Shown here: one piece after another, positions 30,386 to 40,018 of the stretch
Position numbering within the stretch: the stretch's first letter is position 1
Layout of the letters: each line of letters starts with the position of its first letter
Source of the DNA: a virus
Taxonomy: Duplodnaviria; Heunggongvirae; Uroviricota; Caudoviricetes
Virus record (IMG/VR): IMGVR_UViG_3300026549_001031
Length of the DNA stretch: 64,000 nt
Direction: 5' to 3' (one strand)
The notes under the pieces: model-generated
Databases searched by the model: none
What the model was told of the DNA's origin: nothing
Seen by the model: only the letters and a program-made list of their open reading frames with translations
Translations under genes and position numbers: made by a program

Positions 30386-31003
30386 ATGGAGAAGATCATT
30401 AAAGATAAAGTTAATGGCAAAGATGGAGTTTACCTGCCACAGTTAAAAGGGGAGTCTAATCCTTATGATACCTTATGGTACTTATCAATTGAGATTGGTA
30501 GGGCATACATCTTTAGAACGAGAAGATTAGGTACAGGCATTGATGATGGGGTGGGAAGTCTTAAGAAAGCATATGATAAGCTATACAATCAGCTAGAGCA
30601 GCTTACAGAAGAGGAAAGAGACTTTCTGATGAAAGATTCAATGTTTAACAAGATTGATTTCTTCAATACAAATGGGGAAAACAACAGACTTATGGAAATG
30701 GAGAATGAGTCATTTTCTAGAATGTCATATGAAAGTCAGCTGGTAACTAAAGATTTCCTGGTGGCTACACTTGGAGAGGAAGAGGGCACTAAAGAGTTTA
30801 GTAGACGCTGTGAACTTGTGAAAGTAGGGCGTCGCTATAAAAAGGATTTCCTTATGAGTGTACGCGAGTACTTATCTGGGGATGTAGATAGCAATGATGG
30901 AATTAAGGCATTTCTTGGTAATTTTGATTACGAGCTTATAGATGATGATGTACAGCTTATGATTGATGTAAATGCAACAGGTCACAGATTCTACAATGAA
31001 TAA
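30386..31003 (+). CDS. Hypothetical protein
   Basis: ATG 30386 behind AGGAGG. Confidence 0.6.
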   Translation: MEKIIKDKVNGKDGVYLPQLKGESNPYDTLWYLSIEIGRAYIFRTRRLGTGIDDGVGSLKKAYDKLYNQLEQLTEEERDFLMKDSMFNKIDFFNTNGENNRLMEMENESFSRMSYESQLVTKDFLVATLGEEEGTKEFSRRCELVKVGRRYKKDFLMSVREYLSGDVDSNDGIKAFLGNFDYELIDDDVQLMIDVNATGHRFYNE

Positions 31004-31018
31004 TGGAGGGTGTAGACA

Positions 31019-31870
31019 ATGGGTAAAAGAGTAAATACAACTGTTAAAGAGAGAAAAGCATTACTTAAAGAACTTGGGTATACAGAAGATGAGATGCGGC
31101 AGTTTTATGATGAGGCAGCTGAAGTAAACAGCAAGATCTCGGCGCTTAAGAATACAGGGCATAAGTGGACGGACTTAACAGTTTATCAGATGAGACAGCT
31201 TCCTGGTTTGAAAGAGAGGGCATTGGGGCATCTTAAGGCAAAGCAGCAGGAGGAAGAGGCTAAGCAGGCTGAGGAGGAAAGAAAGCAGCAGGAAAGAGCC
31301 AACTACAAGGCTAATTTTGAGGGAAACATGCTCAAAAAGATTGATGCAGGGGAGAAGTTAACAGAGGAAGAACTCAAGACATTGGTTTGTGAGTATGAGT
31401 ATGACAAAGAAGAGAGTGCAGACGTATACAAGGATAAGAGAGGCGTTGATACAGTAGTTCAGCTTAGAGATGGAAAAGACAGTAGATTTTTCAATATCTA
31501 CTGGGTTGAGGATCTTAGCAGCTTTGGAGTAAATGAGTTTAACTCACAGCCTTGTGAAGTAGTCAAGGTTTATGATACAATCAAGATTGAGAAATGGGTA
31601 GGTAAGAGCATCGCTGATCCGTTCGAAAAAGTAGAAGATGCAGAGGTTAAGAAAAATGAGACAGAGACTGAAAAGGCTGTAACAGAGGTTAAAGAAGATG
31701 TAGCAGAGGTTCAAGAGGACACAGGCAGTAAAATTACAGCTGATACCATTGACAAGATTGTAGATTACATGGCTGATCATTGCATTGGTTGTAACATTTA
31801 TTGTTTAACTGCATTTGAAATTAAAGAGATGCGTGAATATTTAAAGAAGCATATCAGTGATATTAAATAA
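31019..31870 (+). CDS. Hypothetical protein (coiled-coil, acidic)
   Basis: ORF with GGAGG RBS. Confidence 0.65.
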   Translation: MGKRVNTTVKERKALLKELGYTEDEMRQFYDEAAEVNSKISALKNTGHKWTDLTVYQMRQLPGLKERALGHLKAKQQEEEAKQAEEERKQQERANYKANFEGNMLKKIDAGEKLTEEELKTLVCEYEYDKEESADVYKDKRGVDTVVQLRDGKDSRFFNIYWVEDLSSFGVNEFNSQPCEVVKVYDTIKIEKWVGKSIADPFEKVEDAEVKKNETETEKAVTEVKEDVAEVQEDTGSKITADTIDKIVDYMADHCIGCNIYCLTAFEIKEMREYLKKHISDIK

Positions 31871-31948
31871 AGAGTACAGAGGTTAATAAGGGGCTAGACA
31901 TTGAGATAAAAAGTGTCTAGCCTTTTGTAGAATAGGAGAGCAGTACAA

Positions 31949-32503
31949 ATGATAATGATAGCAATTAAAAATAAAACATATACAGGGGTGAAAAGGGGGT
32001 TATTCTCAAGAAAGGTAGAATTAAAACCTTATTTGAGAATAGGTGATACAGAATACAAAAACAGTGTACAGGTTATATCTGATGCAAACTTACTATATTA
32101 TGATAAGAACATTATACTGTTTAGAGCAGGTCATAAGGATAGAGAGGATATTGCATCAAGATATGAGAAGTTAGACATAGCAGATGCGGATGTATTCTTT
32201 AACATTATGGATATGAACAAGTTACTTAATAGTAAATACTTAGAGTTACTTGTGATGACTATTAAAAAGAAGGAGCAAGCATTAAATGGTTACATAGAAA
32301 TCGCTGTGATAGACACTGATAAAGAAGAGGTACTTTGTAGAGAAAGAGCTGATGCAGCTAATAATATGGTAGATCAGCAGGTAGGATATAGAGTCTTTCT
32401 TGATAGAAAAGGAGATGGGTTGAGTATCAGTGGTATTTCAGTGACTGCATCACATAAGGCGTCTGACTGCATCAAATGGTTTATCAATAGTATTGATAGA
32501 TAA
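31949..32503 (+). CDS. Hypothetical protein, possibly a degenerate TerD-fold protein
   Basis: KRGLFSR, LLYY and IAVIDTDKEEVLCR align loosely with the TerD copies in this window. Confidence 0.45.
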   Translation: MIMIAIKNKTYTGVKRGLFSRKVELKPYLRIGDTEYKNSVQVISDANLLYYDKNIILFRAGHKDREDIASRYEKLDIADADVFFNIMDMNKLLNSKYLELLVMTIKKKEQALNGYIEIAVIDTDKEEVLCRERADAANNMVDQQVGYRVFLDRKGDGLSISGISVTASHKASDCIKWFINSIDR

Positions 32504-32515
32504 AAAGAGTGGCAT

Positions 32516-32550
32516 ACTTATTGACAAAATGGGTTTAAGTGTGATATAAT
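32516..32550 (+). promoter_or_regulatory. Promoter with ACTTA-N15-TAAGT inverted repeat
   Basis: TTGACA-18bp-TATAAT with TG extension; same inverted arms as 28653. Confidence 0.75.
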
Positions 32551-32576
32551 AGATACTAGAATAGGAGGATACATAA

Positions 32577-33308
32577 ATGAAAAGTGGCATATTGGATAAG
32601 ATCTTCGAGGCATTATATAAAAAGTCAAAGCATGGTCAAGAAATGGAGGACACTAACAATGGGCTTAGTGAAATACATAAACCAGCATTGGAAGGAATCA
32701 AGGGGCAGCAAATTAAACTTGATATAGACAGTGTAAAAAATGGTGAGTGATCTGATGATAATAAACTGGCAACCATTGAAATTGGAGAGGGCAGGGAGTT
32801 TGTTCTTGGTATTGAGGGCATAGGTTGTGAACATGCATTTAAAAACGACAGGCTCAATGATATGGCAGACATTGATACAATTATTGTAACTGATGGATGT
32901 ATGGTAGGGCGTACAGAATCATCCTTTGAGATTAAGGGATGTGCAGTGTACTATGGAGATAAGGCATACAAGAAAGGATTTGCTTACTTAGATGTACCTT
33001 TTGATGATCTTGATAAAAAAGGATATGACGTTGGAGCAGAGTACTTTTACATGAGAGCAGATGATGTAGGCAGGGGATGTACAACATGTTACATAAATGT
33101 TTATGGAGAGAGTCCTTGCAATGATTGGAGTTGTAACCTTGACAACTATAAAATAGTAAAACTCTTTGAATACAAGGATGAGACATTACAGTTTATTAGT
33201 GGGTACAGGACAAGTATTCCGGCAGCATATAAAGGTAAAAATCCTGACTTTTTAGTTGTGGAGAATACAGGTAGAGAGTTAATAGTCAGGGTCAGAAATA
33301 AATACTAA
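32577..33308 (+). pseudogene. Hypothetical gene interrupted by a single in-frame TGA (32748-32750)
   Basis: ATG 32577 behind AGGAGG reads in frame into ORF 32862..33308 except for one TGA; ATG 32862 has no clear RBS. Confidence 0.6.
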
Positions 33309-33328
33309 CAGAAAGGAAAACATAAATC

Positions 33329-35281
33329 ATGGATAGATTAGTTAGAGTTGCAACTATTTCTCCTCGTGTACATGTGGGAAATGTGGATGCTAACATTAAT
33401 GAAATCAAAGAGGCATATGAAAAACTTGTAAACAAGCACGGTAATGTGAATATCGTGGTTACACCTGAACTTAGCTTATGTGGGTATACTGCACAGGATC
33501 TGATGTTTAATCAGTCAATATCTGATTACTTTGCAGAGGATAAAATTACAGCTAGCATTGATGCATTGATCAATTCAGTGCATTATGGAACAATACTTGT
33601 AGTTGGTGCTCCTGTTGTAGTAAATAATGCAATGTATAATTGTGCTATTATCATTGCAGCAGGTGAGGTACTTGGGGTTGCTCCTAAATGTTACTTACCT
33701 AATTACAATGAGTTCTATGAAAAAAGATGGTTTAACAGTGGTTTTGATGCTCAAACAACATCAATTAAACTTTGGAGACAGCAGGTACCTTTTGGTAGAT
33801 CATTGGTGTTTAATACTGGAGACTTCAAGTTTGGAGTAGAACTTTGTGAAGATTTATGGGCACCTAATCCTCCTTCAGTAGACATGGCACTTAATGGGGC
33901 AGAGGTAATTCTTAATCTGTCAGCAAGTAATGAGACCATTGGTAAAAGTGATTACAGACGTTCATTAGTAGCACAGCAGAGTGCTAGATGCATTTGTGGA
34001 TATGTGTATTGCTCAGCAGGCAGTAGTGAGAGTACATCTGATATTGTGTTTAGTGGGCATAGCATGATTGCAGAGAATGGTTCAATTCTTTCAGAAGCAC
34101 GGTTGTTTGATAAGAACAATAGTATTCTTGTGAATGACATTGATCTCAACAAGATTAGACACGATAGAATGGTTAATAAAACATTTACATTTGGACCTAA
34201 AGAGTCATTGAGAGAGATCCGATTAAAATGTAGACATAGACAGGTTGGCGGCGGTTACAGACATAACTATGATCATACAATAAGAGAAATCAGCATTACA
34301 CCTTTTGTACCTAGACTTACAGAGTCAGATAAGAGATGTGATGAGATCTTTAACATTCAGACAGAGGCACTGGCAAGAAGATGGGAGAGCATTGGTTGTG
34401 AAAATGCAGTCATTGGTGTTTCAGGTGGTTTAGACAGTACACTTGCATTACTGGTTGCAGTTGGGGCAGCTGATAAACTTGGATATGATCATAGCAGAGT
34501 ATTAGGTATTACAATGCCTTGTTTTGGAACAACATCAAGAACAAAGAGTAATGCAGTGAAACTCATGGATGTGCTTGGTGTTTCATCTAGAGAGATCGAT
34601 ATTAAGGCAAGTGTTAAGCAGCACTTAAAAGATATTGGACTTTCAGAGGATGATAGAAGCCTTGCTTATGAAAATGCACAGGCACGTGAAAGAACACAGA
34701 TACTTATGGATATTGCAAATATGAGCAGTGGATTTGTGATTGGTACAGGAGATTTAAGTGAACTTGCATTAGGGTGGTGTACTTATAATGGGGATCATAT
34801 GTCAATGTATGGTGCGAACAGCAGTATACCTAAGACATTAGTAAGGACACTGGTTGAAAGAGTAGGCTTAACAATAGCAAACACTTTTGATAGGGATGCA
34901 CGTAGTGAGATGATTGATTGCATCAAAGACATTCTTGCAACACCTGTTTCACCTGAATTACTTCCTCCTTCAGAAGATGGCACTATTGCTCAGCTTACAG
35001 AAGATAGTGTTGGACCTTATGTATTAAACGATTTCTTCCTGTATTATACATTAAGGTTTGGGTTTAGCAGAGAAATGATCATTTCATATGCAGTTGAGGC
35101 ATGTCAACAGAGTGAGAATTACAAGTATTCAGAGGGAGAGATCACTTATTGGTTAGATAAGTTCATTAAGAGATTCAAGAGGGCACAGTTCAAACGTAAC
35201 TGTTGTCCTGATGGAATCAAGGTAGGTTCAGTATCACTTAGTCCTCGTGGAGATTGGCGGATGGCAAGTGAAGTAGAATAA
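33329..35281 (+). CDS. nadE: Glutamine-dependent NAD+ synthetase
   Basis: Nitrilase domain (TPELSLCGY, PKCYLPNYNEFYEKRWF, ELCEDLW) + synthetase domain (GVSGGLDS, ENAQARER, GTGDLSE, SPELLP, SLSPRGDWRM). Confidence 0.95.
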   Translation: MDRLVRVATISPRVHVGNVDANINEIKEAYEKLVNKHGNVNIVVTPELSLCGYTAQDLMFNQSISDYFAEDKITASIDALINSVHYGTILVVGAPVVVNNAMYNCAIIIAAGEVLGVAPKCYLPNYNEFYEKRWFNSGFDAQTTSIKLWRQQVPFGRSLVFNTGDFKFGVELCEDLWAPNPPSVDMALNGAEVILNLSASNETIGKSDYRRSLVAQQSARCICGYVYCSAGSSESTSDIVFSGHSMIAENGSILSEARLFDKNNSILVNDIDLNKIRHDRMVNKTFTFGPKESLREIRLKCRHRQVGGGYRHNYDHTIREISITPFVPRLTESDKRCDEIFNIQTEALARRWESIGCENAVIGVSGGLDSTLALLVAVGAADKLGYDHSRVLGITMPCFGTTSRTKSNAVKLMDVLGVSSREIDIKASVKQHLKDIGLSEDDRSLAYENAQARERTQILMDIANMSSGFVIGTGDLSELALGWCTYNGDHMSMYGANSSIPKTLVRTLVERVGLTIANTFDRDARSEMIDCIKDILATPVSPELLPPSEDGTIAQLTEDSVGPYVLNDFFLYYTLRFGFSREMIISYAVEACQQSENYKYSEGEITYWLDKFIKRFKRAQFKRNCCPDGIKVGSVSLSPRGDWRMASEVE

Positions 35282-35311
35282 ACAATCATAGCAATTAAGG
35301 AGGTATACATT

Positions 35312-35776
35312 ATGAGATATGCTGGTAAAACAGTTTGTTTAGTTATGTGCAATGGAGATATCATTGCTGCATACGAGGACGATGATGAGGCAGAAGGAAA
35401 GGCATTTGAGATCAACAACAATAATGCAGATGCAGCAGCAAGGGAGGCAGGATATGACCCTGACGACTTATCCGATTCAGAGGCGGCAGAGTTTGCTTTT
35501 AAGGGAGGCTTTGATGGGTATGCATATGTAGAATATGTTCAGATACCTGAAGAAGATGAAGAGGACACTGACGAAGATGATGACAACTTCAGTAGAGTGG
35601 ATGAGGACTCTGAGTTCTACACAAGTGAGGGAGATACATTAACATATGGAGATGTAATCAGTGCAATTGATGCTATGTGCAGTGACGATGAAGATGAGGA
35701 CAGTGAAGAAGATGAATGGGACATTGACACAGGTGATGACACTGACGAGGATGATGACACTGACTATTATCTTTGA
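35312..35776 (+). CDS. Highly acidic protein
   Basis: Long D/E runs, very few basic residues; AAGGAGGT RBS. Confidence 0.7.
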   Translation: MRYAGKTVCLVMCNGDIIAAYEDDDEAEGKAFEINNNNADAAAREAGYDPDDLSDSEAAEFAFKGGFDGYAYVEYVQIPEEDEEDTDEDDDNFSRVDEDSEFYTSEGDTLTYGDVISAIDAMCSDDEDEDSEEDEWDIDTGDDTDEDDDTDYYL

Positions 35777-35807
35777 CAATAGGCTTGGGTGGAGCAGGAG
35801 TTAAGAT

Positions 35808-36743
35808 ATGGCAAAATTTAGTAGAGACACCTTATATGCAGGAGTGATTGGTACAGCAATAGGTGATGCACTGGGAGTACACGTAGAGTTTAGAAATAGA
35901 GAAGCATTGAAGAAAAATCCTGTTACGGACATGATTGGGTATGGAACATGGAATGTACCAGCAGGTACATGGTCAGATGATACAAGCATGATGCTAGCAA
36001 CAGTGGATGGGCTGAACAAGGCAGGATACAATTTTGATGGAGGCACTGTAAATAAGTCACATATGGCATGTGAAATTATTGCATGCAACTTCATAGATTG
36101 GTTTGTGTCAGGTGAATTTGCAGTAGGACATAATAGGTTTGACTGTGGTAACACTTGTGGTAGAGCAATACATAAAATGTTACAGGGATATAACATTGAT
36201 GAGTGTGGTGTTACAGATGAAGATGCACAGGGCAATGGTAGTTTAATGAGGATATTTCCAGCAGTCTTTTGTGATGATGCTTGTACATTAAGAGCTAGTA
36301 GACTAACACATAATAATGATGTGTGTGACTCTGCTACAATGATGTTTAAGCATATTATACTGGAGATAATCAATAGTACAGGCAATAGGATAAGTAAGCA
36401 GAACATTATAAATAAAGCAATTAACAGTGTAAACGAGAAATACATGATCAATTTGTTTGGTGAGCATACTACAGAAATAAGTAAAGTTTCAGAAAAAGAT
36501 ATTGGATCATCTGGTTATGTAATAGATACATTGAAAGCTTCAATTTGGTGTTTTGTTACAACTGATAACTACAGTGAATGTGTGTTAAAAGCAGTAAATC
36601 TTGGAAATGACACTGATACTACAGCAGCTGTTGCAGGTTGTTTAGCAGGTGTTTATTATGGTATCAACAATATTCCTGAAAAGTGGATCAGTATGTTAAA
36701 TGACAGAGATCTACTTGAAAGAATATGTTACAATAAAAAATAA
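35808..36743 (+). CDS. ADP-ribosylglycohydrolase (DraG/ARH family)
   Basis: AIGDALG, GTWSDDT, GNGSLMR, LTH, SSGYV, AVNLGNDTDTTAAVAG. Confidence 0.93.
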   Translation: MAKFSRDTLYAGVIGTAIGDALGVHVEFRNREALKKNPVTDMIGYGTWNVPAGTWSDDTSMMLATVDGLNKAGYNFDGGTVNKSHMACEIIACNFIDWFVSGEFAVGHNRFDCGNTCGRAIHKMLQGYNIDECGVTDEDAQGNGSLMRIFPAVFCDDACTLRASRLTHNNDVCDSATMMFKHIILEIINSTGNRISKQNIINKAINSVNEKYMINLFGEHTTEISKVSEKDIGSSGYVIDTLKASIWCFVTTDNYSECVLKAVNLGNDTDTTAAVAGCLAGVYYGINNIPEKWISMLNDRDLLERICYNKK

Positions 36744-36763
36744 AGAGAGGACAGGTAAAAATA

Positions 36764-38350
36764 ATGAAGAAAGACATTACAAAAATGGACTTACTTGTGT
36801 CATTTGATACTACAGGCAGTATGTATCCTGTATTGTCACAGGTAAGAAGAGAGGTTGAGCAGTTTGTAAAAGATATGTTTGCAGAGTTTGCAGATCTCAG
36901 ACTTGGTATCATCGCTCATGGAGACTACTGTGATAAGGATGATCCTTATACAATTAGAGTCATGGACTTTACAAGAGATGAAGAGAGACTTTGTAAGTTT
37001 GTAAGAGAGACAGCACAGACATATGGAGGCGACGCTGATGAGTGTTATGAACTTGTATTGAATACAGCTCATAAAGAGCTGGAGTGGCGTGATGATGCTG
37101 ATAAGATCATGATTATGATTGGTGATGCATCACCACATAGTGTGAGTTATAGTATGAATAAAGATGGACTTGATTGGAGAAAAGAGGCAGACACATTAGC
37201 AGATAGAGGCATCAAGGTATTTGCAGTTCATGCACTTGCAGGTTGGAGGAGCTCATCCAGAGGATTCTACAAGGCAGTAGCAGAAAAGACATTGGGCATC
37301 TATTTAACACTTGATCAGTTTAATGAGATTGTTGATCTTATCAGAGCAACGGTATGTCAGCAGAGTGGTGAGGAAAGACTCAATGAGTTTGTCACAATCA
37401 TTAGAGATAATGGTAAAATGACACGTTCAATGGAAAACAACATTAAGCGTCTGCGTGGTGAGGAAGTAGAGGACACTTATGATTACTACAGAGATCATAC
37501 TACAAAGAGAAAGAGAACACATTCAAGCGGTGGTCATACAGATGAGGCAGTAGTAATTAAGGATATGGACGAGCTGGTGCCTGTAATGCCTGGTAGATTT
37601 CAGGTAATGACAGTTGATGAGAACTGTGACATTAAGGGATTCGTGACAGCCAATGGTATCGAATTCAAGAAGGGCAGAGGATTTTACGAGTTGACAAAGG
37701 CTGAAACAGTACAACAGTACAAAGAGATCATTATGCAGGATAGAGAGACAGGAGAAATGTTTAATGGATCTCAGGTAAGAGAAAAGTTAGGCTTGCAGCC
37801 TCAGACAGTAAAAGGTGGAGTGCATGAGAAGTTATATGCAAAAGATGCTAAAGAATTTAGGATCTTCGTTCAGAGTACCTCAGTTAACAGGAAGTTAATT
37901 GCTGGTACAACCTTCCTTTATGAGATTGCAGACCTGGAGGATGCAGGTACAGAGATTAAGGAAGAAGAAGCACCTGTAGAAAAGAAAGAAGCACCTGTCA
38001 AGGAGAAAGAGAAACATACAGAAAAGAAAGAGACTAAAAAAGATGGAAAGAAAAAGACTGGAGCAGTTAAGAAAAAAGATGATGCAGTCAAGAAAGAGAG
38101 AACCGCTACTAAGAAAAAGGCAGTTACGTCTGAAAAGAGAGCAGCAACAGCTGTAGATAAGAAAAAAGCAGCTGAATTAGCAGCAAAGATGCATTCATTA
38201 AAGAGCCTGAGCACGGCAATGGACAAGGTAAAGGATGGCGCTGAAAGATATCAGCATAGTCAGAACAAGAAGAATACAGAGTTCTTGAGAAACAACCTTA
38301 AAAAGACAATCGAGACAGCTCAGAAGTTGTTAGATGCTCTGGGAGAGTAA
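36764..38350 (+). CDS. vWA-domain protein with conserved C-terminal domain and Lys-rich tail
   Basis: MIDAS-like SFDTTGSM, GGDADECYE, IGDASPH; second domain FKKGRGFYE...FVQSTSVNRKL. Confidence 0.8.
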   Translation: MKKDITKMDLLVSFDTTGSMYPVLSQVRREVEQFVKDMFAEFADLRLGIIAHGDYCDKDDPYTIRVMDFTRDEERLCKFVRETAQTYGGDADECYELVLNTAHKELEWRDDADKIMIMIGDASPHSVSYSMNKDGLDWRKEADTLADRGIKVFAVHALAGWRSSSRGFYKAVAEKTLGIYLTLDQFNEIVDLIRATVCQQSGEERLNEFVTIIRDNGKMTRSMENNIKRLRGEEVEDTYDYYRDHTTKRKRTHSSGGHTDEAVVIKDMDELVPVMPGRFQVMTVDENCDIKGFVTANGIEFKKGRGFYELTKAETVQQYKEIIMQDRETGEMFNGSQVREKLGLQPQTVKGGVHEKLYAKDAKEFRIFVQSTSVNRKLIAGTTFLYEIADLEDAGTEIKEEEAPVEKKEAPVKEKEKHTEKKETKKDGKKKTGAVKKKDDAVKKERTATKKKAVTSEKRAATAVDKKKAAELAAKMHSLKSLSTAMDKVKDGAERYQHSQNKKNTEFLRNNLKKTIETAQKLLDALGE

Positions 38351-38489
38351 AATTAATACATAATATAAAATTAAGAGCAGTAGTTTAGTTTATACTAGGC
38401 TACTGCTTTTTGTTTACTTGCATATAAACTAGCATAAGAGTAATAAAAATTAGATTTTTTATTTTTAATTTATTATTTTTGAGAGGATT

Positions 38490-39920
38490 ATGAAAATGGT
38501 TGAAGGCTTTGGTAAAAAGTGGTTACAGAAGGTAATAGTTTCGTTAGTTGTAATGGCTACAGGTGTTAGTGGTATTGGTGCAGTAGTAAATGGAGTTATG
38601 AACATTGCTAATGGTTCACCTATACAGGAAGTAGTTAAAGATGTTGCAACAGATGCAGTTAAGACCAAAGCAACAGAGGCATTGAGTGGTGCAGTTCAGA
38701 CAAATAGTTCATTTGGTGGACCTAAATATAAAATGGTGTCTTATAAAAAGAGCAATATATTTGGGTATTTAAGACCTGGTTGGGATTCAGAAGTCTATGG
38801 ATATAATGATGGAGTATTTATTGGAAATAGGACACACAATAAACCTAAGGGAGTCAATCTTAAGTGGAATAATAGAAATGCAATGGATTTTGAGATAGGA
38901 CAGTTTAGAAAAGAGAATGTAAGATCTGGAGATTACATAGCATATAACTCTAAGACATTTACTTTTGTAGCTGGTAATGTTGATAAGTTTAAGTTAAACG
39001 GTTACATTTTGGAATATGATGAGTATTATAACAAAGCTACAGTTGTAAAATATAAGAAGGGCAAGAGAGCAGATAAAGGTATTGTGATTGATAGTGACAA
39101 CACAGTACAGTACAAGAATTTGGACAAGGATAATGTGCTTGCTACATTTGATACAAGTAGTTCAAGCTTTGTAGAAAACAAGAAAGCAACCAAAAAATGG
39201 TTTAGTAGCAATTTACCTGATGATGATATTAAAGTAAGTTTTGATAGTGACAATAATAAAATAGATATGTCATTTGATGATACAAAGATTGCAATTAGTT
39301 GCGCAGATGATACATTGGATTTTACAACAGATAAGACAGTATTTAATGGAAATGCATTTAAGTTTAATTGCAAGACAGCTTTTAATGATACATTGAGTGA
39401 TGGTCACTGGATCAATTATGATTATGAGGTTGCAAATAAGATTGGAATTACACAGGATGATGGAACAGTTGGAGAAGTCAAACTTGCAAGTGAAGAGGAT
39501 CTTAAGAACGTAAGTGATGATCATGTAAACATTAAAGCATTATCAGTGTCATTGATTAAGACAGGAGCACATGCAACAGTTGAGTTGCTTGTTGAGGATA
39601 AGATTGGAGCCATTAATAGTTTAGTTGAAGTCACTACAGGAAGTAGTGTTACAGATAGGATAAATGATGTAGTCGATGATGCAATAGATAAGGCAGCTGG
39701 TACAGATACAGAGAGCACTGAAGAATCAAGTGATAGCAGCTCAAGTGAGGGATATGACAGTTCAGATGATGAGTATGAATATGAGACATTTCCTGATGGG
39801 TCATATAGAAAAATAAAGAAGGACAGTAAAAGTTCATCAGACGGCGATAGTGGAGATAGTTTATACAATAAGGTTAAAGATAGACTTAACAAGAGTGGGA
39901 TAGACTTTAATATAAATTAA
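38490..39920 (+). CDS. Hypothetical secreted or membrane-anchored protein
   Basis: N-terminal hydrophobic segment; Ser/Asp-rich C-terminus. Confidence 0.65.
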   Translation: MKMVEGFGKKWLQKVIVSLVVMATGVSGIGAVVNGVMNIANGSPIQEVVKDVATDAVKTKATEALSGAVQTNSSFGGPKYKMVSYKKSNIFGYLRPGWDSEVYGYNDGVFIGNRTHNKPKGVNLKWNNRNAMDFEIGQFRKENVRSGDYIAYNSKTFTFVAGNVDKFKLNGYILEYDEYYNKATVVKYKKGKRADKGIVIDSDNTVQYKNLDKDNVLATFDTSSSSFVENKKATKKWFSSNLPDDDIKVSFDSDNNKIDMSFDDTKIAISCADDTLDFTTDKTVFNGNAFKFNCKTAFNDTLSDGHWINYDYEVANKIGITQDDGTVGEVKLASEEDLKNVSDDHVNIKALSVSLIKTGAHATVELLVEDKIGAINSLVEVTTGSSVTDRINDVVDDAIDKAAGTDTESTEESSDSSSSEGYDSSDDEYEYETFPDGSYRKIKKDSKSSSDGDSGDSLYNKVKDRLNKSGIDFNIN

Positions 39921-40018
39921 TCCTAGCATCAAGAATTATAGAGTTGTGGTAGACGCATCTAGTGATGTGATATCTTAGTAGAGGCAAGTAAAAAAGAATA
40001 TAAAGGAGACATATAAAA

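Noticed and set aside
32748-32800. Selenocysteine codon or alternative genetic code
   Set aside because: No convincing SECIS hairpin or redox motif; TGA and TAG terminate other genes normally
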